From contig CAVZZY010000002.1 of the NCBI GenBank assembly GCA_963779995.1, positions 278,835 through 342,834 on the forward strand: DNA of 64,000 nt. The letters run 5' to 3'. Shown here piece after piece: positions 46,393 to 56,040 of the stretch. The notes under the pieces were generated by a model. The model saw only the letters and a program-made list of their open reading frames with translations, was not told the origin of the DNA and made no database searches. The DNA comes from an uncultured Acidobacteriaceae bacterium (GTDB lineage Bacteria; Acidobacteriota; Terriglobia; Terriglobales; Acidobacteriaceae). Numbering within the stretch: the first letter of the stretch is position 1; the number at the start of each line of letters is the position of its first letter. The position numbers were made by a program, and so were the translations under genes.

Positions 46393-47766
46393 TTACGCAA
46401 ACACTTCCGGATCGACTTCGGCGAAAAATGCGTGGTGCAGGCGCCGGATCACCTCGGCCGCGTCGTCTTCCTCAATCACGAAGGTCAGATTAATCTCAGA
46501 GGCGCCCTGTGAAATCATGCGGATCTTCACATCCTCAAGAATGCCGAAGACCTTGGCCGCGATTCCGGGGGTGTCACGCAAATTTTCGCCCACCAGACAG
46601 ACAATCGCCTTCCGCCCCTCGTACTTCACGTCCGCGATTTTCGCCAGATCGGCCGCCAGCGCCGGGATGGCCTCGTTGGTCTCGGCCGTCACCGAGACGC
46701 TGACTTCGGAGGTGGAAACCACGTCCACCGCTACGTTGTGACGATCGAAGGCCTCAAAGATGGACTTCAAATATCCGTGCAACAGCAAACGCCGCGGCGA
46801 GGCGACCTCGACGAGCGTGATCTTTTTCTTGAGCGCGATGGCCTTGAAAATATTCGTACAGCGTGGAGCACGAGCCGTGATCTTTGTCCCTTCGCAGGTG
46901 GGGTTCAGCGAGTTCAGAACATAGACCGGAATGTTTTGCTGAATCGCGGGCAGAACGGTGGCCGGATGCAGAACCTTGGCGCCAAAGTAGGCGAGCTCCG
47001 CGGCTTCGTCAAAGCTGATGACTTTGATGCGGCGGGCCTCGCGAGTAAGGCGAGGGTCGGTGGTCATCATGCCGTCGACGTCGGTCCAGATTTCGATGCG
47101 TTCGGCATTGAGTCCGGCGCCAAAAATCGCCGCGGAAAAATCCGAGCCTCCGCGGCCGATGGTGGTGGTGATGCCGGCCCGGTTGGAACCAATGAACCCG
47201 CCCATCACCGGAACCTTGCCGCCGTCGAGTAAAGGCTTGACCTTCTTGCGCAGGCGCTCGTTGGTTTCTTCGAACTGCGGAACCGCGCGGGTATAGGCGC
47301 TGTCGGTGAGCAGACATTGGCGCGAGTCCACGTGCGCACCGGGCAATCCGCGGGCAACAAATGCGGCAGCGATGATCTTGCTCGAAAGCACTTCGCCGAA
47401 AGAGGCAACGTAATCGTAGGTGCGAGGAGTGATTTCGCCGACCGCGCCAATGCCGCGCAGCAACTCGTCCAGATCTTCGAAATCGGCGCCCAGGTCGCCG
47501 TGAAATTCAGTGAACAGGGCGGTCCCGAGCAGTTCCCCGGCAGTGTCATAGTGGCGTTCGCGCAAGGCGCGTGCCATTTTAAGAGCGGTCTTGCGATCAC
47601 CCTCACCCGCAGCCTTTCCCATGGCGAGCAGGGAATCGGTCACCTTCGCCATGGCGCTGACCACCACCACGGGACGGTCCGCCAACCGTCCTTGTACGAT
47701 GTGGGCTACGCGGTCGATCGCCTTGGCGTCTTGCACCGAGGTCCCGCCAAACTTCATGACGATCAT
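46393..47766 (-). CDS. lysC: Aspartate kinase
   Basis: MIVMKFGGTSV...VVVSAM...GRGGSD, with two C-terminal ACT domains. Start taken at ATG 47766. Confidence 0.93.
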   Translation of the reverse strand: MIVMKFGGTSVQDAKAIDRVAHIVQGRLADRPVVVVSAMAKVTDSLLAMGKAAGEGDRKTALKMARALRERHYDTAGELLGTALFTEFHGDLGADFEDLDELLRGIGAVGEITPRTYDYVASFGEVLSSKIIAAAFVARGLPGAHVDSRQCLLTDSAYTRAVPQFEETNERLRKKVKPLLDGGKVPVMGGFIGSNRAGITTTIGRGGSDFSAAIFGAGLNAERIEIWTDVDGMMTTDPRLTREARRIKVISFDEAAELAYFGAKVLHPATVLPAIQQNIPVYVLNSLNPTCEGTKITARAPRCTNIFKAIALKKKITLVEVASPRRLLLHGYLKSIFEAFDRHNVAVDVVSTSEVSVSVTAETNEAIPALAADLAKIADVKYEGRKAIVCLVGENLRDTPGIAAKVFGILEDVKIRMISQGASEINLTFVIEEDDAAEVIRRLHHAFFAEVDPEVFA

Positions 47767-47788
47767 GGGCGGGGATGCTCCTTGAAGC

Positions 47789-47875
47789 GGTTGCCAGTAG
47801 CCAGTAGCCAGTGGCCAGACAAACGTGCGTCGGCGCGGCATTTACCGGCAACTGGCAACAGGCAACTGGCAACTG
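47789..47875. repeat. 7-nt-periodic imperfect hairpin (GCCAGTA units against CAACTGG units) between asd and lysC
   Basis: GTTGCCAGTAGCCAGTAGCCAGTGGCCAG against CGGCAACTGGCAACAGGCAACTGGCAACTG. The mismatches recur every 7 nt. Confidence 0.8.
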
Positions 47876-47878
47876 TTT

Positions 47879-48931
47879 TCACCCGAGATATCCCTTCGCT
47901 TTGAGAAGTTCAGCGTTGAGCAGGGCTGCGCCGGCGGCGCCACGAATGGTGTTGTGCGACAGGACGGTGAACTTCCAGTCGAGCACATTGCACTTGCGCA
48001 AGCGCCCGACGGCTGTGGTCATGCCTGCGCCTAGGTCGCAATCGAAGCGCGGCTGCGGACGGTCCGGGGCAGTCATGTACACGACCGGTTGTTCGGGTGC
48101 GCTCGGCAGGCGCAACTTCTGCGCCTCAGCGCGAAAATTATTCCAGGCGGCGATGATCTCCTCCGGCGCGGCCTTTTTTTTGAATCGGACGGCGACCGAT
48201 TCCGTGTGGCCATCTTCCACCGCCACGCGATTGCATTGTGCGCTCATGGCGAAGGGAGCAGGCTCGACGCGCGAACCGTTCAGCGTCCCCAGCAACTTTT
48301 GCGTCTCCTCTTCCATCTTCTCTTCTTCTTTTGCGATGTAGGGGATCACGTTGCCCAGGATGTCGAGCGAGGCGACTCCCGGATATCCGGCGCCGCTGAC
48401 CGCTTGCATCGTAACCGCCATCACGGTCTCGAGCGCGAACGCGCGATGCAACGGAGCCAGCGCCAGCACCAGGCCAATCGCGGAGCAGTTGGGATTGGTG
48501 ACGACATACCCTCCCGATTGGCTGCGCCAGGATTGTTTATCGATCAAGCGAATGTGGTCGCCGTTGACTTCCGGAATCACCAGGGGAACGTCCGGCTGCA
48601 TTCGCAAGGCGCTCGAGTTGGAGACGACCGCGCAGCCGGCGGCGGCAAATTGTGGTTCCAGTTCGCGGGCGATGGCCGCATCCAGCGCGGCAAAAATGAT
48701 CTTCGGCGCGCCTTCAGGCTTGGCCGGCGAAACTGTCATGTTTGCGACCCGGGTGGGGATGGCAGTCTTCAAACGCCAGCGCGCCGCTTCGGCATACGTC
48801 CGGCCTTCCGAACGGTCGGACGCCGCCAGCCACGACACTTCAAACCACGGGTGCTGTTCGAGCATCTGGATAAACCTCTGCCCAACGATGCCCGTGGCAC
48901 CGAGAATTCCTACAGCAAGTTTGGTCGACAT
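47879..48931 (-). CDS. asd: Aspartate-semialdehyde dehydrogenase
   Basis: VGILGATGIVGQRF, NPNCSAIGL (active-site Cys) and SHNTIRGAAG near the C-terminus. Confidence 0.95.
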   Translation of the reverse strand: MSTKLAVGILGATGIVGQRFIQMLEQHPWFEVSWLAASDRSEGRTYAEAARWRLKTAIPTRVANMTVSPAKPEGAPKIIFAALDAAIARELEPQFAAAGCAVVSNSSALRMQPDVPLVIPEVNGDHIRLIDKQSWRSQSGGYVVTNPNCSAIGLVLALAPLHRAFALETVMAVTMQAVSGAGYPGVASLDILGNVIPYIAKEEEKMEEETQKLLGTLNGSRVEPAPFAMSAQCNRVAVEDGHTESVAVRFKKKAAPEEIIAAWNNFRAEAQKLRLPSAPEQPVVYMTAPDRPQPRFDCDLGAGMTTAVGRLRKCNVLDWKFTVLSHNTIRGAAGAALLNAELLKAKGYLG

Positions 48932-49099
48932 AGTGAACTGTAATTTTATACTAGAGACTTTTTTTAAGGGAATGCGCCGCCAATAAACCGGAGCGGTCGA
49001 TGCCCGCGTCCGCTCTTTCTCTCGCGAAATGTGGGAATACGACCATCGGTGCCTGTGCGACTCTCGAGCGTTGATGTACGCTTTGCCTAGGAGTGACTC

Positions 49100-50131
49100 A
49101 TGTCAGAATTGCGTCAGAATCTTGCTACCAAGGAATGGGTTGTAATTGCAACCGAGCGTGCCCGCCGTCCGGAAGAAATGGCGCGCCACCGCGAGCGCAA
49201 GCCGGTGTCATCGTTCGTTGCGAACTGCCCTTTTTGTCCGGGAAATGAGAAGCTGACCCCGCCGGAGGTTCTGCGGGTACCGGCCGCGATGGATGTTCCG
49301 TGGCACGCGCGAGTAATACCGAATAAATTTGCGGCTCTTTCCCGCGAAGCATCGCCGACACGCACGGTGCACCGTTTGCGCCGATCGGTAAACGGCTTCG
49401 GAGTTCACGATGTGATCGTGGAGACGCCCGACCACGCTCAGGTTCTGGCCCTGATGCCCGATTCCTACGTGGCGGAAATCCTCCATATCTATAAGACTCG
49501 CTACGATGAGCTCAGCCTCGATCCGCGCATCGCGCACATTACGATCTTCAAGAATCATGGCATCGACGCCGGCACTAGCCTGGAACACCCGCACTCCCAG
49601 ATGATCGCGACGCCCGTGACCTCGCTCCAGGTACGTTCGCGCTTCCAACAAGCGGTGCGATACTTTGACGACTTTGGCGAGTGCATGTTCTGTCAGATGC
49701 TGGAAGAGGAATTGCAGGAACAAACCCGCATCGTCGCGGTTTCCGAGCACTTCGTCGCGCTCGAACTGTACGCCTCGCCGGCTCCGTTCGCCACCCACAT
49801 TTACCCGCGCCGGCACATGGCCAGCTTCGGCGATGTAAGCTCAGCCGAGGTCAACGCCCTGGCGCGCATGCTGCGCTCGACTCTGGCCAAGCTTTACCAT
49901 GGCCTGGCCGACCCGGATTTCAACTTCACCATTCGCAGCGCTCCCGCCGAGAGCGTCGGCGTGAAGTACTTTCATTGGTATCTGAGTGTGATCCCGCGGC
50001 TGACGCGAGTCGCCGGATTTGAGCTGGGCTCGGGAATGTTCATCAACACAGTGCTGCCCGAAGCGGCCGCCGAGTTTCTTCGCAAAGTCGATGTCGAAAG
50101 CGTGAAGAACACAGCCGCAGCCACGTCGTAG
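49100..50131 (+). CDS. galT: Galactose-1-phosphate uridylyltransferase-like (GalT/HIT superfamily)
   Basis: CPFCPGNE zinc motif and the SLEHPHSQMIA (HxHxQ) active site. Two HIT-like halves. Confidence 0.85.
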   Translation: MSELRQNLATKEWVVIATERARRPEEMARHRERKPVSSFVANCPFCPGNEKLTPPEVLRVPAAMDVPWHARVIPNKFAALSREASPTRTVHRLRRSVNGFGVHDVIVETPDHAQVLALMPDSYVAEILHIYKTRYDELSLDPRIAHITIFKNHGIDAGTSLEHPHSQMIATPVTSLQVRSRFQQAVRYFDDFGECMFCQMLEEELQEQTRIVAVSEHFVALELYASPAPFATHIYPRRHMASFGDVSSAEVNALARMLRSTLAKLYHGLADPDFNFTIRSAPAESVGVKYFHWYLSVIPRLTRVAGFELGSGMFINTVLPEAAAEFLRKVDVESVKNTAAATS

Positions 50132-50181
50132 AGGCACCGGAGCCTCTAGATTCGCTTAGAGACGCGGCTTGCCGCGTCTCC
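50128..50181. repeat. REP family A element overlapping the galT stop
   Basis: TAGAGGCACCGGAGCCTCTA, then TTAGAGACGCGGCTTGCCGCGTCTCC. Confidence 0.8.
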
Positions 50182-50201
50182 TGCCGTGGAGTGGAGGCCG
50201 G

Positions 50202-50525
50202 TCAGGCGGCAACCGTCCGGGCAGGGAGGCCGCGAGTTTGGCGCGTCGGCTTTTCCAGAATGTCGAAGCCTTGCGAGGCGACGTTAGACAGATTCGGATG
50301 GCACCCTACCCCTCTGAATAACTCGCTCCTCGTGTACGCCTCATATGCGGCACGGTCCCGCCACGTGTACACACCACCGAACGTGTTGCTGGCCGGGTCG
50401 GAGAGCCAGACCTTGGAGATCAGCCCCGGCAGTGCGGCAAATTGTGGGGCCAACGCCTCGCAGAGCTTTTCGAATTCCGCCGGCGTCATCTTGCTCAAAT
50501 TGAAATTTATTATCTGGATGTACAT
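50202..50525 (-). CDS. YdhR-like small monooxygenase-fold (ABM superfamily) protein
   Basis: MYIQIINFNL...LISKVWLSD...FGGVYTWRDRAAYEAY follows the YdhR pattern. Start taken at ATG 50525. Confidence 0.7.
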   Translation of the reverse strand: MYIQIINFNLSKMTPAEFEKLCEALAPQFAALPGLISKVWLSDPASNTFGGVYTWRDRAAYEAYTRSELFRGVGCHPNLSNVASQGFDILEKPTRQTRGLPARTVAA

Positions 50526-50624
50526 GGTTGCACCCCCAATTTTGCTGGAGTATGCCACCACGAGCGGAGGGCGTCAATGGAAGCGCAGCCGCAGAAGATC
50601 ACCCCGTTACCGTACGGTCAAAAT

Positions 50625-51748
50625 TCAAATTGGCCCACGACCACCCTTACCCAGCTCTTGCGGAAACGAGTACTCGTTGAGCGGCCCAAACTTGCGCTTT
50701 TCCACATAGATGCGCCAGCGGCGCCAGACGATGCGCAGACTGGCCATCACCGGGATGGAGAGATAGACGCCAAGTATGCCCGCGATTTCGCCCCCCGCGA
50801 GAATGCCAAACAAAGCCGCCAGCGGATGCAACTCTACGCTGACTCCCATGACCCGGGGAGAGATTACGTAGTCTTGCACCATGCGCCAGACGAGCAGGAA
50901 CAGCAGCAGGAAGGCCCAGTGCGGATATCCGGCAAGAACAGCGACGATCATCATGGCAACGCCAGCGAGCAGCGGTCCCGCCATGGGTATGAATTCCAAG
51001 CGCGCCCCCGACGGTACCGAGCGTCAGCGCGTAGGGCACACGCATCGCACCCAGGAATGAGGTGTAGGCCAGCAGCGACAACGCCGCCAGGGTCAACTGG
51101 GCGCGAATGAATTGGGCGAGCATCTGGTTCAGATCCTGGAACACATCCTGCAGAAACTCACGTTGCGTTCGCGACTGCACCAGCGCCAGCAGCACTTCAT
51201 GGAAGTTCCCGCCATCGCGCAGAAAAAAAATGGCAAGGATAGGCACCAGAAACAGCAGCCACACCTGCTGCGCCGCTTCGGCCGCGCGAATGCCGATGCG
51301 CTGCGCCAGGCTGGATAAGTCTTCCCGTCGACTTATCAAGAAACCCTGAATACGTCTCTGGGTCGCAGCGCTCCAGCCGTGCTCGCTTCCGATCTGCGCA
51401 GCAAGCTGGCCAATCTGGCCGGAGAGCTGTCCGGCGCCGGCCTGATCCATCAGCCCCGGCAGCGATGCTCCGAGGCGCGCGCTTTGCCGGGCTATCCGCG
51501 GGCCGACAAGGAAGCCGCACACCGCCAACGCAACCAGAAGCAGGAGGTAAATGATCGTGATTCGCCCAGACGCGGCTGCGGACCAGTTTCTCCAGTCGCG
51601 CCACTGCGGGATTAATGAGGTAGGCAAAGAAAATGGCGAAAAGGAAGAGAATGAGCGTTCGCCGCGCGGCATAGAGGAAGCCCAACCCCACGGCGAACAG
51701 CAAAGCCGTGAACAGCACGCGCGACGTGCGTGAATCAAGAATCGTCAA
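50625..51748 (-). pseudogene. AI-2E family (PerM-like) transporter interrupted by two +1 frameshifts or sequence errors
   Basis: MTILDSRTSRVLFTALLFAVGLGFLY...ARLEKLVRSR | ...GRITIIYLLLLVALAV...LTLGTVGGA | LEFIPMAGPLLAGVAMMIV...ISPRVMG. Junctions lie near 51560-51572 and 51003-51012. Confidence 0.8.
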
Positions 51749-51887
51749 GAGTTACCCCAATCGGCCCGGTCCCGCAGGCGAACGACCTCTTCCCGAGCGC
51801 CCACCCTAATCGTATCGCCTGCGATCGAGAGCAATCCAATTCCGAAAGGGGCTGACCTTCAGCCCGCCAGGGTTTCGCTCGCCCCGG

Positions 51888-52646
51888 CTAATCGCGATAG
51901 ACTTCGGTATTCTCTCCCACAACGGACATGCGTATGACCTTCCATTGATCGTCGAGCCAGAGTTGCCAGGTTCCCGCGTCGCTCTTCAGTTCCAATTTGT
52001 TCAGTTCCTGCTGCTGCCCGTTCTTCAGGGTTACTTTTTCCCGGCCCAGGAACTCCGCGCTCAGCGCTGCCGAAGAATGTTCGTGCGGGTTCATGGTTCC
52101 GAACTGGGCGCGCTGTTTCACCGGGCATTGCGGTTTGCACGCTGCCCCCAGATATCTCCACGCCAGCACTTCGCGGTGGATGAAAAAATAGTCGTCCAGG
52201 ATACTGGTCGACAAGGGCATCAGGTAGGGCTGCTCATGTTCCTTTCCCTCCGGCCCGGCGCGCCACTTCTGAGTCAGAAAATCGTCGTTTGGAAGCACCA
52301 CCGATTCCTCTTGCTCCGGACTCAACTCCTTCCACTCGTAACGCCGGATATCTCCGCTCACGGTAAGCTGCATGACCGAAGTTTGCACCGCCGTGGTGGG
52401 AGCATTCTCCGTCTTGAACTCGGAGTGGATAACGCTGCCGTTGCTGGTCTCATAGATCGAAAACGTTTCCGTTCCCACTCGATGGCCATTCTGGAACACA
52501 CCGAAAGATCCGGAGTCGATGTTCTTCCCCTCGTGTTCCTTCTCCTTCTCCTTTGGCATGGGAGTGGCGTTGGCCAAGGAGCCCCATGCCGCCATGCACC
52601 AAACGAGTGCCGTCATGCAAGCCAACAGCCGATAAGACAACTTCAC
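51888..52646 (-). CDS. Secreted hypothetical protein
   Basis: 252-aa ORF with a signal peptide and protein-like composition. Its start overlaps the aroK stop by 4 nt. Confidence 0.6.
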   Translation of the reverse strand: MKLSYRLLACMTALVWCMAAWGSLANATPMPKEKEKEHEGKNIDSGSFGVFQNGHRVGTETFSIYETSNGSVIHSEFKTENAPTTAVQTSVMQLTVSGDIRRYEWKELSPEQEESVVLPNDDFLTQKWRAGPEGKEHEQPYLMPLSTSILDDYFFIHREVLAWRYLGAACKPQCPVKQRAQFGTMNPHEHSSAALSAEFLGREKVTLKNGQQQELNKLELKSDAGTWQLWLDDQWKVIRMSVVGENTEVYRD

Positions 52647-53227
52647 TGTGATTCTCCTCTTCCGAAACCTGTTCCATCACTCCCGGTCAAGCCCGACTTC
52701 GTGTCTTCCGGAGTTCCTCTAAGTTGCAATGCACCTTCGATCTCGGCGCAAATGGACGTCAACTGCTTGCCCGTGGTCGCCACCACCACGCTCGCCTGGC
52801 GATACAAGGGAAGGCGTTCCGCGTACAGGCGGGCGAACTGTTCCGGATCTCCTCGCAGCGGCCGTTCCACGCCATCCGTCAGGCTCCGTTGCCAAAGCTC
52901 GGATGCGGGCGCTTCCAAGAAAACCGATGGCCAATGCCGGAGCAATTCGCGGTTCCGTTCCTGTGCGAAAGCCCCGCCGCCGAGTGCGACCACGCTGTTG
53001 CGTTCGAGCGACGCGGCCAGCAGATCGCTTAGCGCGCTGGTTTCGGCGAGCCGAAACCCGGCCTCGCCTCGTTCCCGAAAAATCTCCGGAATGGTTTGTT
53101 GCTCACGAGACTCGATGCGCGCATCCAGATCCACAAAATCCCACTCCAGCCGCCGGGCAAGTTCCTGCCCCACGCGGCTCTTGCCGGAGGCCATGAATCC
53201 CACAAGAAACACCGCACGCACTCCCAT
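52643..53227 (-). CDS. aroK: Shikimate kinase
   Basis: VFLVGFMASGKSRVGQELARRLEWDFVDLDARIE...GEAGFRLAE. ATG 53227 is preferred because 53257 lies inside the heptad hairpin. Confidence 0.88.
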   Translation of the reverse strand: MGVRAVFLVGFMASGKSRVGQELARRLEWDFVDLDARIESREQQTIPEIFRERGEAGFRLAETSALSDLLAASLERNSVVALGGGAFAQERNRELLRHWPSVFLEAPASELWQRSLTDGVERPLRGDPEQFARLYAERLPLYRQASVVVATTGKQLTSICAEIEGALQLRGTPEDTKSGLTGSDGTGFGRGESQ

Positions 53228-53250
53228 GGCACTCCATGGAACACAGCCGT

Positions 53251-53309
53251 CAGTCATCAGCCGTTAGCCGTCGAGAATCTCTTTCTGAAGGCTGAAGGCT
53301 GATGGCTGG
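53251..53309. repeat. 7-nt-periodic imperfect hairpin (CAGCCGT/CAGCCTT units)
   Basis: CATCAGCCGTTAGCCGTCGAGAA against TTCTGAAGGCTGAAGGCTGATGG. Confidence 0.75.
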
Positions 53310-53310
53310 T

Positions 53311-54201
53311 TCAGCGTTGCTTGAGGCGGATTTTACCACTGAAAGAGCGCAGCACGACTTCCGATGCGGCCCCGCCGGCAGTACCAACGAAGGAACGTCC
53401 CGCCTCCGTCGTAAACCGGGAATGCCTGGGTTGGAGAGGAAAGTCGTGTTGCACCCGGCCCAGCACCGAGTGCGCTCTGAAACCGGCCGAGACATTCGCG
53501 GGCGCCAGGGCCTCGATATCGCCGGTGTGGGTGGTGAACCGATAGTTGCCGCCGGAACCGAAATCACCATCGTAAAAAATCTTCCCGCTGCCGCAACTCA
53601 CCTGCACCAGCGGCCCATCGACCGACTTCAAATGGACGTCGCCACTGATGGAAGCGATCTCAACGTGGCCGTTGAGCACATCGGTCAGCGTGATTGGTCC
53701 GCGCATCGTCCGCACGTGTACATGACCGTTTCCGACGTTGCGCACATTCACTACCGCATCCGTGCCTTCCAGGGTCAAATCGCCTTGCAAGCGTTCCACC
53801 GATAGCGGACCGGTCGAAGAACGGAGAGTGAGCGTAGCATCGGGCGGAATCAGCAGTTCGTAGTCGACCTGGCCCGCTTGCTGGTCAGGGCCCCGCAGCA
53901 GGTGCGACGCGATTTCAATCCGGTTGCCAGTTTGCTGCTCGTCGACTTCGACGTCGCCGGATTTGAGCGTGGCCGTCACCAAAACCTGATCGATGCTCCC
54001 AGGCTTTACCGAAATCGCTCCATACTGCGTATCCACGGAAATATTGGCGTTGGGGCCGACCGTGTAACGGTATTCCTTCCTGGTTTCGGCAAAGGCCGCA
54101 GACAGGCAGGTCGCCAGAACCAGGGTTACGACCGCGGTGTGTTGAAGGCCAGCCTGTTGAATGCTCGCCAGGTGAATGCTTGTTCGCTTAAGCCTCGCCA
54201 T
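53311..54201 (-). CDS. DUF4097-like beta-helical putative adhesin
   Basis: Repetitive G(D/P)(L/V)xxxxxxG..V strands (SSTGPLSVERLQGDLTLEGTDAVVNVRNVGNGHVHVRTMRGPITL...). Signal peptide starts at ATG 54201. Confidence 0.72.
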   Translation of the reverse strand: MARLKRTSIHLASIQQAGLQHTAVVTLVLATCLSAAFAETRKEYRYTVGPNANISVDTQYGAISVKPGSIDQVLVTATLKSGDVEVDEQQTGNRIEIASHLLRGPDQQAGQVDYELLIPPDATLTLRSSTGPLSVERLQGDLTLEGTDAVVNVRNVGNGHVHVRTMRGPITLTDVLNGHVEIASISGDVHLKSVDGPLVQVSCGSGKIFYDGDFGSGGNYRFTTHTGDIEALAPANVSAGFRAHSVLGRVQHDFPLQPRHSRFTTEAGRSFVGTAGGAASEVVLRSFSGKIRLKQR

Positions 54202-54247
54202 AAAAAAACACCGCCCCCGCGGCCGGGAACGCCGGTCCGCCCTTCCG

Positions 54248-55090
54248 CTATTGAATGCGACCCAACGCGATCTGGTAAAGAAGTGACTTTTGTTGATAAG
54301 CATCCATCAGGTACTGCCGCGCCTCTGCATCCCCCGGATTCCGCTCCAAGTAGGCCTGCACTTCCCGGATGTGGGCATTCACTGCTTTCAGTTGATTTTC
54401 ATACGTTGCCCGCATCGAAGGGGCAAGCGTGGAAACCACGCTCAGAAATTGTTGATCCTCCGCGCTCGGCTCGGATTCTACCTCAGGCTTCTTAGCGGAT
54501 GCCATCACGTCGGTTGGCTTAGCGGCCTTCCTCGCCAGGTGCTGGCTCGCTGAAGCAGGGGCCGAAGCGGGAATTGAAGCAGGAGCCACAGTAGGCACCG
54601 AAGCCAAAGTAGTCGCGGCAGTCACTGGAGCCGGCGCCGTCATCGGAGATGCCGGAGTTTGCTGCTCCGCCACTTGCGGGGTTTGCCGATGGCTTACTAC
54701 GTAAGAGCCCGCCGCCAGCAGCGCAGCTGCGACCGGCGCCAGCCACCACGCGCTCCACCGACGCCGTGGAGAAGTTGGAAGGATGATGGACCGGCTGGAC
54801 GCGGGCTCGGGCTCACGCGCCGGATCCTCACGCGCCGGATTAAAGACCGCCGGCTCACGGATCAGCCCTTCGGCCCGTAATTCCGCCGCAATTCGCAACC
54901 ACACCCGCGGCGGAGGTTCTTCGCTTGCCGCCAGTTGCCGGGCTTCGCTCGAGATCAGCTTCAAGTCCGAAACCAGATCCGAGCAAGCTGGACAGGACTT
55001 CACATGGGCCTCAAAATCAGCCGCAAACACACCCTCCGGGGCGCCGTCGAGGAATTCCGGCAGAACTCGCCGTACATCTGAACACGTCAT
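54248..55090 (-). CDS. Anti-sigma factor (zf-HC2 type), single-pass membrane protein
   Basis: MTCSDVRRVLPEFLDG...HVKSCPACSDLVSDL, a TM segment WWLAPVAAALLAAGSYVV, and GGAGAGG before the ATG. Lies directly downstream of the ECF sigma gene. Confidence 0.8.
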   Translation of the reverse strand: MTCSDVRRVLPEFLDGAPEGVFAADFEAHVKSCPACSDLVSDLKLISSEARQLAASEEPPPRVWLRIAAELRAEGLIREPAVFNPAREDPAREPEPASSRSIILPTSPRRRWSAWWLAPVAAALLAAGSYVVSHRQTPQVAEQQTPASPMTAPAPVTAATTLASVPTVAPASIPASAPASASQHLARKAAKPTDVMASAKKPEVESEPSAEDQQFLSVVSTLAPSMRATYENQLKAVNAHIREVQAYLERNPGDAEARQYLMDAYQQKSLLYQIALGRIQ

Positions 55091-55122
55091 AGCCAACCTC
55101 TCCCCAATACCGCAGCTACCTT

Positions 55123-55713
55123 CTACCCAGTCTTGGCCTTTTCGGCTCTCATGAACTTCAGATATTCCCGCAACTTCAATCGCGCCTTATGGAGCTGCGA
55201 TTTGCTGTTGCCAATCGAGCAGCCCACGATCTGGGCAATTTCGTTATGCTCGAACCCTTCCACGTCGTGCAACACAAAAACCGTTCTATATCCCGGCGGT
55301 AGCCGGTCAATTGCCCGCTGTAATTGCAGGCGATCGACCGCGCCCGTCAGCTTCACATCCTTGGTACCGAATTCTTTCCTGGGAGCTTCGTCTTCGGCTT
55401 CCAGCGTCTCTTCCAGCGACACCACCGGCAGGCCCTTCTTGCGCAGTTGCATCAGCACCACGTTGACTGTCATGCGGTGCAGCCAGGTGGAAAACGCGGA
55501 CTCGCCCCGAAAAGTTCCGATTTTGCGAAAGAGCTGAAGAAACGCTTCCTGGGCCAGATCTTCGGCCTGTGCGGGATTGGAGACCATTCGCAAACATAGC
55601 GAGTACACGCGGCGTTTGTGCAGGTGATACAGAACTTCGAACGCAGCTTCGTCGCCCTGTTTCGCCTGCTCAATAGCTTCTGCTTCGGTGATGCTTTGTT
55701 TCGGGTCGGTCAA
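55123..55713 (-). CDS. ECF (sigma-70 group 4) RNA polymerase sigma factor
   Basis: Region 2 ([27 protein letters not shown]...[11 protein letters not shown]) and region 4 ([41 protein letters not shown]). TTG start. Confidence 0.92.
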   Translation of the reverse strand: MTDPKQSITEAEAIEQAKQGDEAAFEVLYHLHKRRVYSLCLRMVSNPAQAEDLAQEAFLQLFRKIGTFRGESAFSTWLHRMTVNVVLMQLRKKGLPVVSLEETLEAEDEAPRKEFGTKDVKLTGAVDRLQLQRAIDRLPPGYRTVFVLHDVEGFEHNEIAQIVGCSIGNSKSQLHKARLKLREYLKFMRAEKAKTG

Positions 55714-55977
55714 GTCGCCTTTTTCCGGCCGCTACTCGCTCAGATGCGGCTTCAAACTCTTTTCGTTGTACGAATTTGCCGAGGCAGTCGCGGAAGCGCT
55801 CTCGACCGTTCTTGAGTAGTAAGAATACCAAAAACCGTAGCTCGCAGAATGATCTATCCGACCAAAGTGGTCGGCTAAGATGGCCCCTAGATCGCTCATA
55901 GATCACTTCTGTAACCTGAGATTCAGCATCCAATCGGTCCCAGACCCGCATCCGCAAGAAGACCCCCCTTTTTATCA

Positions 55978-56038
55978 GGGTACCGCCTTAGCGATACCGA
56001 AAGTGTCGGGAAATCGGATGCCCCTTTAGGGGCTGGCG
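55978..56038. repeat. REP-like palindromic element, family D copy 2
   Basis: GGTACCGCCTTAGCGATACCGAAAGTGTCGGGAAATCGGATGCCCCTTTAGGGGCTGG aligns with 3801-3870. Confidence 0.7.
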
Positions 56039-56040
56039 CA

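Noticed and set aside
48932-49099. Lysine (L-box) riboswitch upstream of asd/lysC
   Set aside because: The leader is too short and lacks the conserved L-box helices. Only an AT-rich promoter-like stretch is present.
55787-55812. Autoregulated ECF promoter (GAAC-N17-CGAC) upstream of the sigma gene
   Set aside because: It matches only a loose consensus, and such matches are common by chance in GC-rich sequence. I did not report it as a feature.
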